The notes: generated by a model not told the origin, from the letters alone. A DNA stretch of 64,000 bases from Candidatus Altiarchaeota archaeon (GCA_043800255.1 JAZDNF010000009.1:192001-256000); one strand, 5' to 3'; counted from the first letter of the stretch, positions 18,756-28,777 are shown. A program made the numbers and translations.

Positions 18756-19343
18756 ATGGTAGAACATATCGCATCGTCGAAACTTCCAACAGACTTCGGA
18801 GAGTTCGAGATTCATGCCTTCAGAGGCGTGAGCGGAGAGGAGGTAGTTGTCCTAACAAAGGGTGATGTCAGCGGCGACTCAGTGCTGCTGAGGATACATT
18901 CCGCGTGCATGACCGGCGACGTCTTCCACTCGAGGAGATGCGACTGCAGGCAGCAGCTCGAAAAGAGCATGAACCTCATGGAAAAGGATGGCAGGGGCAT
19001 TATAATCTACTTGCCTGGCCATGAGGGGAGGGGCATCGGAATCCTCAACAAGATCAGGGCATACAGGCTGCAGGATGGGGGGCTGGACACCGTGGAGGCG
19101 AACAGGAGGCTGGGTTTCGACGCCGACCTCAGGGATTTCTCATCGATTCCCGGTGTCCTCAAGCACTTCGGCGTTAAATCTGTGAGACTGCTGACCAACA
19201 ACCCGAAGAAGATAAAAGGCTTGGACGACTCAGCCATCAGGATAACCAGGGAGAGTTTGGAGGTCAAGCCTAACAAAACCAACAGGAAGTACCTTAAGGC
19301 CAAAAGGGACAGGATGGGCCACATGCTGTCAGAAGAACGATGA
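18756..19343 (+). CDS. ribA: GTP cyclohydrolase II
   Basis: RIHSACMTGDVFHSRRCDC, EGRGIG and LLTNNPKK. Confidence 0.95.
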   Translation: MVEHIASSKLPTDFGEFEIHAFRGVSGEEVVVLTKGDVSGDSVLLRIHSACMTGDVFHSRRCDCRQQLEKSMNLMEKDGRGIIIYLPGHEGRGIGILNKIRAYRLQDGGLDTVEANRRLGFDADLRDFSSIPGVLKHFGVKSVRLLTNNPKKIKGLDDSAIRITRESLEVKPNKTNRKYLKAKRDRMGHMLSEER

Positions 19344-20416
19344 AAGACGAACAATTTATGAGAAGAGCCCTGGAGCTGGCCTCAAAGAGCAATCCCAGCC
19401 CGAATCCCAGGGTCGGCTGCGTTATCGTGAGAGACGGCAGAATCGTAGGCGAGGGCTTCCACAGGAGGGCCGGCAGCCACCATGCCGAGGTAAACGCCTT
19501 GAGAGAGGCTGGCAGGAAGGCGATAGGAGCAACCATGTACGTGACCTTGGAGCCCTGCTGTTTTTTTGGTAGGACGCCGCCCTGTACGGACGCCGTTATC
19601 TCATCCGGAGTGAAAAAGGTCGTGGTCGCCATGAGTGACCCTAATCCCAGAGTTAATGGCAGAGGCATCCGCCTCCTGAGGAAGAGCGGCCTGAATGTTG
19701 ACGTCGGCCTCCTGGAGGACGACGCCAGGATGTTGAACCAAGCTTACATAAAGCACATAACGCAGGGGATGCCGTATGTCATCCTGAAGTCTGCGATGAC
19801 GTTGGACGGAAAAATCGCATCAAAGACCGGAGACTCCAAGTGGGTTAGCTCAGAGGCGTCGAGGAAGCTCGTGCATGAGCTTCGCGGCAATGTTGACGCA
19901 GTGGTCGTCGGCGTCAATACCATCCTGAAGGACAACCCAACGCTCACCTCCCACAGAAGAGGCAGAAGGAATCCTCTGAAGGTCGTCATGGATGGCAGAT
20001 TGAGAACTCCGCTGGACTCCAAAGTCGTCGGCGTTGGAACCTTGATCGCAACCTCGAAAAGATTTGACAGGCTGAGGAGGAAAGCTCTGGAGAGTAGAGG
20101 CGTCGAAGTGGTCGTGCTCGACGACGGCAGGGGAGGCGTCAGCTTCAGGAAGCTTCTGAAGTTCCTGAGCAGGAGGGATGTCATGTCATTGCTTGTCGAG
20201 GGCGGCGGCGAGTTGAACTGGTCTGCGCTGTCTTCCAAGGACGTTGACAGGGTTCTGTTTTTCATAGCTCCTAAGATCGTAGGTGGGAGGGATGCTGTAA
20301 CACCAGTGGAAGGCGAAGGTGTAAGGATTATGCGCAAGGCGTTCATGATTCATGACTTGTCTGTGACTCAAATAGGGGAGGATGTAAGGATTGATGGCCT
20401 TGTCTGCAGGTACTAG
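19340..20416 (+). CDS. ribD: bifunctional pyrimidine deaminase/reductase
   Basis: PNPRVG, HAE, TLEPC..PPC, TLDGKIA and VEGGG. Confidence 0.95.
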   Translation: MKDEQFMRRALELASKSNPSPNPRVGCVIVRDGRIVGEGFHRRAGSHHAEVNALREAGRKAIGATMYVTLEPCCFFGRTPPCTDAVISSGVKKVVVAMSDPNPRVNGRGIRLLRKSGLNVDVGLLEDDARMLNQAYIKHITQGMPYVILKSAMTLDGKIASKTGDSKWVSSEASRKLVHELRGNVDAVVVGVNTILKDNPTLTSHRRGRRNPLKVVMDGRLRTPLDSKVVGVGTLIATSKRFDRLRRKALESRGVEVVVLDDGRGGVSFRKLLKFLSRRDVMSLLVEGGGELNWSALSSKDVDRVLFFIAPKIVGGRDAVTPVEGEGVRIMRKAFMIHDLSVTQIGEDVRIDGLVCRY

Positions 20417-20483
20417 CCTCTACAGGGGTATTTTTATAATTCAGGGACAGTATCGTGATAATTTCATGCATTTCTACGTTTCT

Positions 20484-20563
20484 TGTCGAATTTTGTCGTG
20501 AATCTGTCACGACTGAAAACGTAACCTTTTTATACTAGTCATGACTAAGTCATAACTGTCATG
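20484..20563 (+). promoter_or_regulatory. TATA box flanked by phased (T/A)GTC(A/G) repeats
   Basis: TGTCG 20484 and 20494, TGTCA 20505, TTTTTATA 20527-20534, AGTCA 20537 and 20548, TGTCA 20557. Confidence 0.5.
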
Positions 20564-21016
20564 AAAGGCTCCATCAACAATCACGTGCAAGAGTTCGACG
20601 AACTCGTAGGAGACCTATCAGAATCGATACGCAACATCTCAGATCCCATGGCAGTAGGAGCCATGCTATACTCCATAGCCCAGGAAAAGAAAAGCTCAAA
20701 CCTCGTCATAAGGGACATAAACGCAAAATTCGACCAGATGATACAAAAGCTGGAAGAGATATCAGAGAAGATAGGAAAAATCAGTGACACCTTCTCAAAG
20801 AGCGACGCAAACGACGTGGAACTGTCAGAGAGAGACCAGGAAGTCCTGGACTTCATAAAAGAGAGCGAAAGAGTGTGCGCAGACGACGTCCAAGGGAAAT
20901 TCCAGTACAGGGGAAGGAACGCCGCCTCCGCAAGACTCAGCAAACTCTTCAAGGAACAAAAGGTCAAAAAGATATACGTAGGCAGGAAAGTCTACTACAC
21001 CATAAAATCAGGCTGA
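20561..21016 (+). CDS. coiled-coil + C-terminal winged-HTH protein
   Basis: LSERDQEVLDFI...NAASARLSKL...VGRKVYY. Confidence 0.75.
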   Translation: MKGSINNHVQEFDELVGDLSESIRNISDPMAVGAMLYSIAQEKKSSNLVIRDINAKFDQMIQKLEEISEKIGKISDTFSKSDANDVELSERDQEVLDFIKESERVCADDVQGKFQYRGRNAASARLSKLFKEQKVKKIYVGRKVYYTIKSG

Positions 21017-21040
21017 TATCACATCACCCCAACCACCCCC

Positions 21041-21139
21041 CCACCCTCGGTCCTGAAAAATGACCGAGGGTGGTCATGCTCGCATCATAGGTAATTCAGC
21101 CAAAAACCACCCCAAATCGGCCCCCGAAAGGGGGCCGAT
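21041..21139. terminator. two perfect GC-rich hairpins between convergent genes
   Basis: CCACCCTCGGTC/GACCGAGGGTGG (21041-21073) and ATCGGCCCCC-GAAA-GGGGGCCGAT (21116-21139). Confidence 0.5.
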
Positions 21140-21154
21140 CTACAATTCTAAGAA

Positions 21155-22117
21155 TCAGACTACGTTTCTGGCAAACCACTCGGCGTCAAATGCTTTTAGG
21201 TCAGAGTACGACTGACCTATGCCGACGAAGAGTATTGGCTTCCTTATCTCAGAGGTTATGGATATGGCAGAACCTCCCTTGGCATCGGCATCCATCTTAG
21301 ACAGTATTATGCCATCAACGCCGACCATTTCATTGAATTGCCTGGCCTGCTCCAGCGCGTCATTCCCTGTCAGCGCGTCTCCCACGAAAACTTTAAGATT
21401 AGGCTTGTTAACTCTCACGATCTTCCGGAGCTCGTCCATGAGGTTGACGTTGGTCTGCATCCTGCCAGCCGAATCCGCGAGGACGACGTCAACGCCCCTT
21501 GCGCGGGCGTGCGCGACTGCGTCGAATACGACTGCTGCCGAATCAGCCCCCCTCTCGTGCGAGATTACCTTGATGCCAAGAGCATCGGCGTGCCGTTTTA
21601 TCTGCTCTATCGCACCGGCCCGGAACGTGTCGCCTGCGGCCAAAACGACGCTGAAGCCGTTGTCCATCAGGTATCTGGCGAACTTCGCCATAGTAGTAGT
21701 CTTGCCTGTGCCGTTCACTCCCAGAAACAGTATCAGGTAGGGTTTCTCAGAATTCCGGATCGTCTGGACGATGTCAACGCTGCCGCCCGACAGTAGGATA
21801 TCCGCCAGTATGCCCCTGAGAGTGTCCTTGAGGAAGCTGTCGAGTTTGCCGGTCTCAACTTCGGAGTCGACCAGCTTCTCCTTCAGCATTCGACCTATCC
21901 GCTCAGCGGTCTCGGCGGCGACGTCGCTCTGCATGAGGTCAATCTGCAAATCCCACAGCAGGTTGTCAAGGTCTGACTCCGTCAGCCTCACCTTCCCGGA
22001 GACGAGGGATTTTACCCTGCTGGTGGCGGTGATTTTCTTCTGCGGATGCGATTCCTCACACTGCTCCTCAGTCCTTCGTATGAAAGAGTCAAATCTCTTC
22101 CTCAGGGATTCGAACAT
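21155..22117 (-). CDS. ftsY: SRP receptor FtsY
   Basis: GVNGTGKTT, DTFRAGA, DSAGR, DALTGND and DAKGG. Confidence 0.96.
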   Translation of the reverse strand: MFESLRKRFDSFIRRTEEQCEESHPQKKITATSRVKSLVSGKVRLTESDLDNLLWDLQIDLMQSDVAAETAERIGRMLKEKLVDSEVETGKLDSFLKDTLRGILADILLSGGSVDIVQTIRNSEKPYLILFLGVNGTGKTTTMAKFARYLMDNGFSVVLAAGDTFRAGAIEQIKRHADALGIKVISHERGADSAAVVFDAVAHARARGVDVVLADSAGRMQTNVNLMDELRKIVRVNKPNLKVFVGDALTGNDALEQARQFNEMVGVDGIILSKMDADAKGGSAISITSEIRKPILFVGIGQSYSDLKAFDAEWFARNVV

Positions 22118-22127
22118 TTTTAGAAGA

Positions 22128-22556
22128 CTAGCCTCGCATGCCCTGCATCAGGGTCTCAGCCTCCTGGTTGAGACCGCTTATCCTTCTGCTGAGCTCGACA
22201 GCCGATTTCTGGAGGCCTTCCAATGAGCCTGTCAGGCTCTTCACCCGCCCTTCCAATATTTCTTTCGCTTCGCTGACTGATTTCTCCAAGGAGATGTCGC
22301 CTCCGACGCCTACCAGAATCTTCTGATTGTCGGCAAGCTTCGCCTTGACGTATGAGCCGCTCCCTATCGGGACTATCAGCTCCGACCCGACCTTGTTCTG
22401 GGATATCCCCTCGATAGCCAGCATCGTGGACTTCAAGTCCATGACGGTAACGTCTATCATCTGTATCTGCTTGTTGAGAGCCTCAAGCTGCTGCCGTCCA
22501 TACTCCAACTGCCCTACTATTTCCTGCAACCTTTCCTGCCTGTTTTCGCCTGCCAT
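22128..22556 (-). CDS. pfdA: prefoldin subunit alpha
   Basis: Coiled coils around ELIVPIGSGSYVKA...VGVG..EKS. Confidence 0.92.
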   Translation of the reverse strand: MAGENRQERLQEIVGQLEYGRQQLEALNKQIQMIDVTVMDLKSTMLAIEGISQNKVGSELIVPIGSGSYVKAKLADNQKILVGVGGDISLEKSVSEAKEILEGRVKSLTGSLEGLQKSAVELSRRISGLNQEAETLMQGMRG

Positions 22557-22557
22557 C

Positions 22558-23229
22558 TTAATCGTTCCTCATTATGTCGTGTTCCTTTCCCTTTCCGACT
22601 ATGACAATCTCGGGCTGCCTTATGGAGAATATGCCGTTCTCCAGCACGCCGGGGATGTTGTTGAGCTCCGTCTCAAGGGCGAGGGGGTCCGAAAAATCAA
22701 GACCCTTCACGTCGATTATTACATTGCCGTTGTCGGTCTTGAATCCCTTCCTGATCTCCGCGCCCTCCCCTATCTCCAGCAGCTCGTTCAGGACATAGTT
22801 CTGGGCGAAGGGTATTACCTCTATAGGAAGCGGGAAAGTCCCGATTTTCTTCACAAGCTTTGACTCGTCGACTATCACCACGTATTTTAGGGCGGCTGAT
22901 GCTACGATCTTCTCCCTTGTGAGCGCCCCGCCACCCCCTTTTATGAGGTTGAACTTCTTGTCAACCTCATCGGCGCCGTCGACGCAGAGGTCAAGTATGT
23001 TCTTGTCGTTCAGCTCGGCAGTCGGGATTCCGAGGGATTTGGCCAGCTTCTTTGTCCTCTCCGATGTTGGTATTCCGAGCACTGACAGGCCCTTTTTGAC
23101 CTCCTTAGCCAAGGCCTCGATGAAGCATTCTGCCGTTGAGCCAGTGCCGAGGCCGACGGTCATGCCGTCCTCCACGTACTTCAAAGCCGCTGTCGCAGCG
23201 GTCTTTTTTGATATTTCGGCTGATGCCAT
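22558..23229 (-). CDS. rpiA: ribose-5-phosphate isomerase A
   Basis: GLGTGST, DGADE and KGGGGALTREK. Confidence 0.96.
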   Translation of the reverse strand: MASAEISKKTAATAALKYVEDGMTVGLGTGSTAECFIEALAKEVKKGLSVLGIPTSERTKKLAKSLGIPTAELNDKNILDLCVDGADEVDKKFNLIKGGGGALTREKIVASAALKYVVIVDESKLVKKIGTFPLPIEVIPFAQNYVLNELLEIGEGAEIRKGFKTDNGNVIIDVKGLDFSDPLALETELNNIPGVLENGIFSIRQPEIVIVGKGKEHDIMRND

Positions 23230-23254
23230 CCTAAAGTTATTGTATTAGTTTAAA

Positions 23255-25126
23255 TTATCCTACGAATTTCGGCCGCCTTGAGATTAGCGTCGACAGCGGC
23301 AGGCTCCTATATGGTTTGCCAGTGTTGAATCCTTGAATCTCTTGGGTGATATCCTCCAGTTTCTCCTGCTTCTGCTCGCCTGTCTCTCTAATTCTGACGC
23401 TTAATCTGCCGCTCTTTTTCTCGTTCTCGCCGTAGACTATTATCCTCGGAACCCACTCCTTCTCCGCGTCCCTTATCTTCCTGCCGATGGACTCGTTCCT
23501 ATCGTCGACGTCGGCCCGTATCTTGTCCTCGGAGAGCTTCTCAGCGATGCCAACAGCATCAGCAGCATAGTCTTCGGAGACGGGAATCACCCGCACTTGA
23601 GTTGGCGAAAGCCATACTGGCAGCATCGGCTTCTCACCCTTCTTCATCGTCAATGCCGCTTTCTCCAGCAGAGCGTATATTATCCGCTCTATCGCCCCTG
23701 ATGGGGAGCAGTGCAGTATGATTGGATGCTTTTCCTTCCCGTCGGCGTCCGTGAATTTTATGTCGTACCTTTCGCCGTTCTCGACGTCAATCTGGTCGGT
23801 GCTCAGGCAGGACGCCTTGTCCAACGCGTCAACGAAGTTGAGCTCGTACTTCAGCACGAAGTAGAATATCCTCTCATCCCAGATTTCGACGAGCGCCGGC
23901 TTCCCGATGGTCTTCACGATGTGCTGGACGAACTCCTTATGCTCGTCGTAGAACTGCCTGGTGACCCTGACCGCAGGCTCTATGTCGTCTAATGTAAGGC
24001 CTACGCCCCTTATCACGTTGATGCACAGGTCCAGCCTCTTCTTGTACTCTTCCATCGCCTGCTCCTGGCCGGAGCATATCGCGTGGACGTCGGGCATCGT
24101 GAACGCCCTCAGCCTCCTCAACCCGGTCAGCTCGCCGCTCTTCTCCCTCCTGAAACTGTACCGGGTCATCTCATACAGTTTCAACGGCAGGTTCCGGTAT
24201 GAGAGCGTCGCATCGTGCGCCATCAGGAACTGCCCGAAGCAGGCCGCGAACCTGAGGAAATAGTTCTTGTCGTCCGACTGTATCGTGTACTGTCGCGCCG
24301 GGAACCTGTTCAGATATTTCGACAGCGTAGGATGCTCGAAGTCGTACATTATGGGAGTCTCAACCTCCGTCCCCCCGTATTCAAGTATCTGCTCGGTCAC
24401 GTACTGCTCGAGCAATGCCTTGACCATCCTCCCTTTGGGGTAGTATCTCATGTTCCCTGGGTCGCTGGCAGGCTCATAATCGACAAGCTCGAGATGCCGC
24501 ATCAGTTCAATGTGAGGAGGAACCTTATCGACAGCCCGTGACTTGGCCTCCTCGTAGACTGCGAACTTCTTCAGGTTCTCATGGCCTTTGTAGTCGAATT
24601 TGCCGATGTCGTGGAGTTTCCCGTCAGAGGTCATGATATGCCAGCTGCTCTTTATCTTATCCTCCTTCTTCAGCGCCTCGGACTCATCTGCTTTTTTCTC
24701 CTTCATGCCTGCAGGCAGGATAGTCCTTGACAGTTCCGAGAGGGGATGGCCCTTGCATTTCAGTTCGAAGCTCTTGTACCATCCGAAGGGCGCCTTGATT
24801 ACGTTATAATCGCCTCTCAGCAGCTCATACGCTTTCTCGAGCATCTCCTGCGCCACCTTGGGGCTGCTCAGGTCGGAGCTCAGGTGAGCGTATGGGTACA
24901 GTACTATGGATTCCGCACCCACTTTTCCGTAATTCTCCCTGACGTCTTTGACAAGCTGCTCCACCACAGAATCAGGGTCCTTCTCGTCGGCCTTCTCCCC
25001 GGCCACGAAGACGACGAGGACGTTCTCCGCCCTGCCAGTCTTGTCCTTGACCTCCTCGGCCGACTTTATCGCCTTCCTCTTGGCCTCGAACTCCAGATAG
25101 TCGGAGTGTATGAGCAGGACGCGCAT
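23255..25126 (-). CDS. thrS: threonyl-tRNA synthetase, archaeal type
   Basis: N-terminal MRVLLIHSD editing domain, YPYAHLS, GHPLSELSR and LRFAACFGQF. Confidence 0.97.
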   Translation of the reverse strand: MRVLLIHSDYLEFEAKRKAIKSAEEVKDKTGRAENVLVVFVAGEKADEKDPDSVVEQLVKDVRENYGKVGAESIVLYPYAHLSSDLSSPKVAQEMLEKAYELLRGDYNVIKAPFGWYKSFELKCKGHPLSELSRTILPAGMKEKKADESEALKKEDKIKSSWHIMTSDGKLHDIGKFDYKGHENLKKFAVYEEAKSRAVDKVPPHIELMRHLELVDYEPASDPGNMRYYPKGRMVKALLEQYVTEQILEYGGTEVETPIMYDFEHPTLSKYLNRFPARQYTIQSDDKNYFLRFAACFGQFLMAHDATLSYRNLPLKLYEMTRYSFRREKSGELTGLRRLRAFTMPDVHAICSGQEQAMEEYKKRLDLCINVIRGVGLTLDDIEPAVRVTRQFYDEHKEFVQHIVKTIGKPALVEIWDERIFYFVLKYELNFVDALDKASCLSTDQIDVENGERYDIKFTDADGKEKHPIILHCSPSGAIERIIYALLEKAALTMKKGEKPMLPVWLSPTQVRVIPVSEDYAADAVGIAEKLSEDKIRADVDDRNESIGRKIRDAEKEWVPRIIVYGENEKKSGRLSVRIRETGEQKQEKLEDITQEIQGFNTGKPYRSLPLSTLISRRPKFVG

Positions 25127-25160
25127 GGTAAAGAATGGTGAGAATAATATATTAAAGTAA

Positions 25161-26186
25161 CTACCCGGTTTCAGGCAACCTCATGATAAGGCTCATGTCA
25201 TCTCCGTAGTGGTCTCTCCTCTGCCGCTCTTTTTCTATCCCCAGAACCAGGTTAACTGCGATTGTCTGGGGGTCATGGACTCCTTTTTCTTCGATCATTT
25301 TCCTGAGATAAGTTGATAACACGATTCGTGATTTCTTCAGGAACATGTCCGATAAAGCCCTGCTCACGCCATCGCTCATGAGCGCTATGGAATCCGTTTT
25401 TGGATCGAACCCGTCAACCACTTTCACCCGGCTGGGGATGTTTATCTTTTTAGGCGCGTTTCCCAGAACATTCTCTCCGAATGTTACTTTTTGATCGTCT
25501 GCCAACAACCTTCCCTCTATTTTATTCCGGAAGACGTATGCTCTTGAGTCGCCGATGCTGCCAACTGCGAGATCGTCTCCTACAAGCGCAACCGTCACTG
25601 TACTCGCAGGCCCTTTTGAGATTTCATGAGCTTTTTTAGAATCCTTAACCCCCTCGATAAGCATATCCAACTGCTCCTCTTCCGACAGCTCATCAGGAGG
25701 TTTCCAACCGTGGGCTTTCTTGTAGTATTTCCTCAACTCGTCGTTGGCCCAGCCTAGGGCATCAACTATTAGTGACTTTGGGTCACGGTACCCTGAAGCC
25801 TTTTCCCTGATAAAAGCGTCCAGAAATTCGGCAGATTTCAAGCTGGCCTCCGCTGAGTTAGCCCTCCCGCCCAAACCGTCAAACACCGCCAGAAGGTCGT
25901 ATTTTCTTTTATTTCCCAAGGTCACGTCCTGCCGGACCAGTATCGCATCTTCACATTCGGTGCCTTCCAGCTTATGCCTGCCCCCCTGTCTGACCACGAC
26001 CCCGATATTCTTCCTCAATGATGGAACATTTGTTAACGCCCTCCCCTCTTCGATTATCCCATGTCTCTCGAGATCCTTAATCGAAGACCTGACAGCATCA
26101 CCTTTCCCTCCCATAACAGGCGGCAGCTGTCCTGTTGGAGATTCTTGAGGCCGGATCACCCGCTTCTCGGATCGTTCTTCTAACAT
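25161..26186 (-). CDS. PP2C/PPM-family protein phosphatase
   Basis: CEDA, VFDGLGG, IGDSRAY, MSDGV and GDDMS. Confidence 0.85.
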   Translation of the reverse strand: MLEERSEKRVIRPQESPTGQLPPVMGGKGDAVRSSIKDLERHGIIEEGRALTNVPSLRKNIGVVVRQGGRHKLEGTECEDAILVRQDVTLGNKRKYDLLAVFDGLGGRANSAEASLKSAEFLDAFIREKASGYRDPKSLIVDALGWANDELRKYYKKAHGWKPPDELSEEEQLDMLIEGVKDSKKAHEISKGPASTVTVALVGDDLAVGSIGDSRAYVFRNKIEGRLLADDQKVTFGENVLGNAPKKINIPSRVKVVDGFDPKTDSIALMSDGVSRALSDMFLKKSRIVLSTYLRKMIEEKGVHDPQTIAVNLVLGIEKERQRRDHYGDDMSLIMRLPETG

Positions 26187-26235
26187 ACTCTTTTATTCTA
26201 CACAAGATTCGAATAAATATCGTGGGAAGCCGGGC

Positions 26236-27378
26236 TCAAGTTAGGAATGGCCTTTTGACGATTACGCTCATGTCGTCTCCGTATATCTCTCCCTGTTTCG
26301 CGTATGAACTCCCAGTTATTTCGATTGAAGCTCGCCTGGCTGCATCGACTAGTGCATCTGCCATGCCTTGCGCGTTCTTGAGATGTGGTCTGATGATGTA
26401 GCTTAGACTTTCTGCTTGGGCGTCTTCCGAATCCTCGCCCTTAAGCTCATCCCTGTACGCCTGCACGGCTCTGTGCACGTCAAACGCGCCTTTTTCGTTC
26501 CATCCTGCTATGTAATTGCTAATGCCGTCGCTGCAGACTATAAGGGTATGCTTCTTTGCGTCATACCGTTCAGGTATATTCTGCCCAGGCTTTTCCTCTC
26601 GTAAAGATGCTAGCTGCCGGTCAACATCGTAGACCCTGAAATAATCCTCATCCACCCGCCCCATCATATGCCATACCTGGCTCCGCTCACCCTGGTCTGA
26701 GGTGATCTGGAAGGCTCTCCCGTTTTCATCAACAAGGTACAGTCTGCTGTCGCCGACATGGGCTACCATAGCCTTTCCAGTCTTGCCTAGGAGCAATGCC
26801 GTGAAAGTCGTGCCAGGTTTCTCATTCCCCTTCTCTTTCCCGTTTTCTGCAACATTGTCATTAGCGTACCTCATCGCATCCTTGATCATTTTGTCCACGC
26901 GGACAACATTCCTGCCACCAGGATTCTTTTCAACATATCTCCTAGCAGCTTCCGGCTTGCTCATCGTGTCTCTCATGAACTCGTAGAATGAAAGCGCGGC
27001 GATGCTGCTGTCTTCACCTGCCGTCCGGCTTTCGCCTAATCCGTCGGCAATAATAGACAATGAGCCCAGATCAGGCCTCCGGTAGTATAATGCAAAGTCC
27101 TCATCCCCCTTATCCTTGAATTCATGTCTCTCGCCCACCCTAGTGGAGATTCCCGTCCTCATGCGATTCAACTTGCCGTCAGGGGTGATAACAGCGTATC
27201 TATCCCGCTCAACCTTCCCCGACTTTTCCAGGTAGTCAACAATAGTTCTCTCTTCTTCAGGATGCTGCCTTTTTTTGAAAATCCGGAAAAACCTGCCCCA
27301 ACCGAATTCTCGCGGGTCTTCTATCTCGCCTCCAGGCTGCCCGGTAGTAAGTCTGGCTTTGTCCTTTCCCCTTATCAT
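26236..27378 (-). CDS. PP2C/PPM-family protein phosphatase
   Basis: DEDF, IADGLG, GTT, HVGDSRLY, CSDGI and GDDMS. Confidence 0.85.
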   Translation of the reverse strand: MIRGKDKARLTTGQPGGEIEDPREFGWGRFFRIFKKRQHPEEERTIVDYLEKSGKVERDRYAVITPDGKLNRMRTGISTRVGERHEFKDKGDEDFALYYRRPDLGSLSIIADGLGESRTAGEDSSIAALSFYEFMRDTMSKPEAARRYVEKNPGGRNVVRVDKMIKDAMRYANDNVAENGKEKGNEKPGTTFTALLLGKTGKAMVAHVGDSRLYLVDENGRAFQITSDQGERSQVWHMMGRVDEDYFRVYDVDRQLASLREEKPGQNIPERYDAKKHTLIVCSDGISNYIAGWNEKGAFDVHRAVQAYRDELKGEDSEDAQAESLSYIIRPHLKNAQGMADALVDAARRASIEITGSSYAKQGEIYGDDMSVIVKRPFLT

Positions 27379-27440
27379 AGATAATTTTAGCCAAAACTCG
27401 GAAATAAATGCCATTATTCACATTCCTAATCGAGGTCAGC

Positions 27441-28202
27441 ATGTTGAAACTGATTGCATATTCGGAAAAGGACGTCGCAGGGTCGAACATCGCCAAGCTT
27501 TTGGAGGAGAAGATGGACGGTCTGAAGGGCGTCCGCCTCCAAGCTTACCCTGATTCCCTCCTCTATGTGACTGAAACACCAGATGATGCTGGCCTGTTGA
27601 TTGTGGCCTCACGCCACCGCTCAGAATCTGGCATGCCAACCCTGACATGCCATGTGACCGGGAACTTCGGCAGGGCGGAGCTGGGAGGGGAAGACATGAG
27701 CCTGGCTTTCGCTCCAGCACTCCATCTGAGGAAGGCGCTGATGAGCCTGCAGGAGCATGGGATGGGGCTTGACTATACGGTGAGTTTGGAGGTCACCCAC
27801 CACGGCCCGACTTCCCTGAGATGCCCCCTAATCTTCGTCGAAGTCGGCTCCTGTGAGAAGCAGTGGAATGACATGATAGCGTGCGAGGCGGCTGCGAAGA
27901 CGATTCATGACCTTGTTGCCGAAGAGCCTGAGGAGACGGCTGTTGCCATCGGCTTCGGGGGGCCCCACTATGCCCCCAATTTCTCGAAGATTATGGAGAA
28001 GGTAGCGTTCGGGCACATCATGGCAAAATATTCGATAGGCAGCCTCAGCAAGACCATGGTGGAACAGATGATGGAGAAGACGATACCCAAGCCAGAACTG
28101 GCAGTCCTCGACTGGAAGGGCTTGAAAGGCGAGGAGAAAAAACAGGTTGTGGGCATCCTGGAAGAGATCGGAGTAGAATGGAAGAAGACGTCGGACTACT
28201 AG
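27441..28202 (+). CDS. dtdA: D-aminoacyl-tRNA deacylase (archaeal DtdA)
   Basis: SRHRS, HVTGN, EVTHHGPT, FVEVGS and GFGGPHYAP. Confidence 0.92.
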   Translation: MLKLIAYSEKDVAGSNIAKLLEEKMDGLKGVRLQAYPDSLLYVTETPDDAGLLIVASRHRSESGMPTLTCHVTGNFGRAELGGEDMSLAFAPALHLRKALMSLQEHGMGLDYTVSLEVTHHGPTSLRCPLIFVEVGSCEKQWNDMIACEAAAKTIHDLVAEEPEETAVAIGFGGPHYAPNFSKIMEKVAFGHIMAKYSIGSLSKTMVEQMMEKTIPKPELAVLDWKGLKGEEKKQVVGILEEIGVEWKKTSDY

Positions 28203-28771
28203 GCAGAGTAAGGGGGCTCCCATGGACTTGGATCCTCATCGGCATCATGATCGGCGTCGTGTTAGGCGTGATGGTGACCAACACCGCCAGGCTGAATGTC
28301 TGTCCCCTGAAGAACTGCGTCAATGAAGCGGAGATCATCCCGGTCTCGGACAGAGGCTACTTCCAGCAGGCTATTGAGGTGTTGGAGGGCGCGCAGGAGT
28401 CCATCCACATCGTCACATTCGAGCTCAAATATTATCCCAACTACCCTGACAGCTCACAGAACCGGATTATAGAGGCCTTAATAGATGCGAAGAAGAGGGG
28501 AGTTGACGTCCGCATCGTCGTCGACGATTATTCGAAGGAGAACAACGCCTTCGGAATCCTGGAGGAGAATGGCGTCGAAGTGAGGATGGACCCGGATGAT
28601 GTGACAACCCATGCGAAGCTGATAATAGTGGACGGCGAGACGGTCATGATAGGCAGCACCAACTTCTCATACTACGGATTGGAAAAGAACAACGAAGCCA
28701 ACCTGATAGTGAAAAGCAGGAAGGCGGCAGACTACTATGAAGCATACTTCGAGCGACTGTGGAGAGGTTGA
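28178..28771 (+). CDS. membrane-anchored phospholipase D/Nuc-family protein
   Basis: N-terminal TM; single HAKLIIVD...GSTN HKD motif. Confidence 0.88.
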   Translation: MEEDVGLLGRVRGLPWTWILIGIMIGVVLGVMVTNTARLNVCPLKNCVNEAEIIPVSDRGYFQQAIEVLEGAQESIHIVTFELKYYPNYPDSSQNRIIEALIDAKKRGVDVRIVVDDYSKENNAFGILEENGVEVRMDPDDVTTHAKLIIVDGETVMIGSTNFSYYGLEKNNEANLIVKSRKAADYYEAYFERLWRG

Positions 28772-28777
28772 TTCAGG

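Noticed and set aside
21017-21154. SRP (7S) RNA next to ftsY
   Set aside because: The gap is about 140 bp, too short for archaeal 7S RNA, and no helix-8 motif is visible
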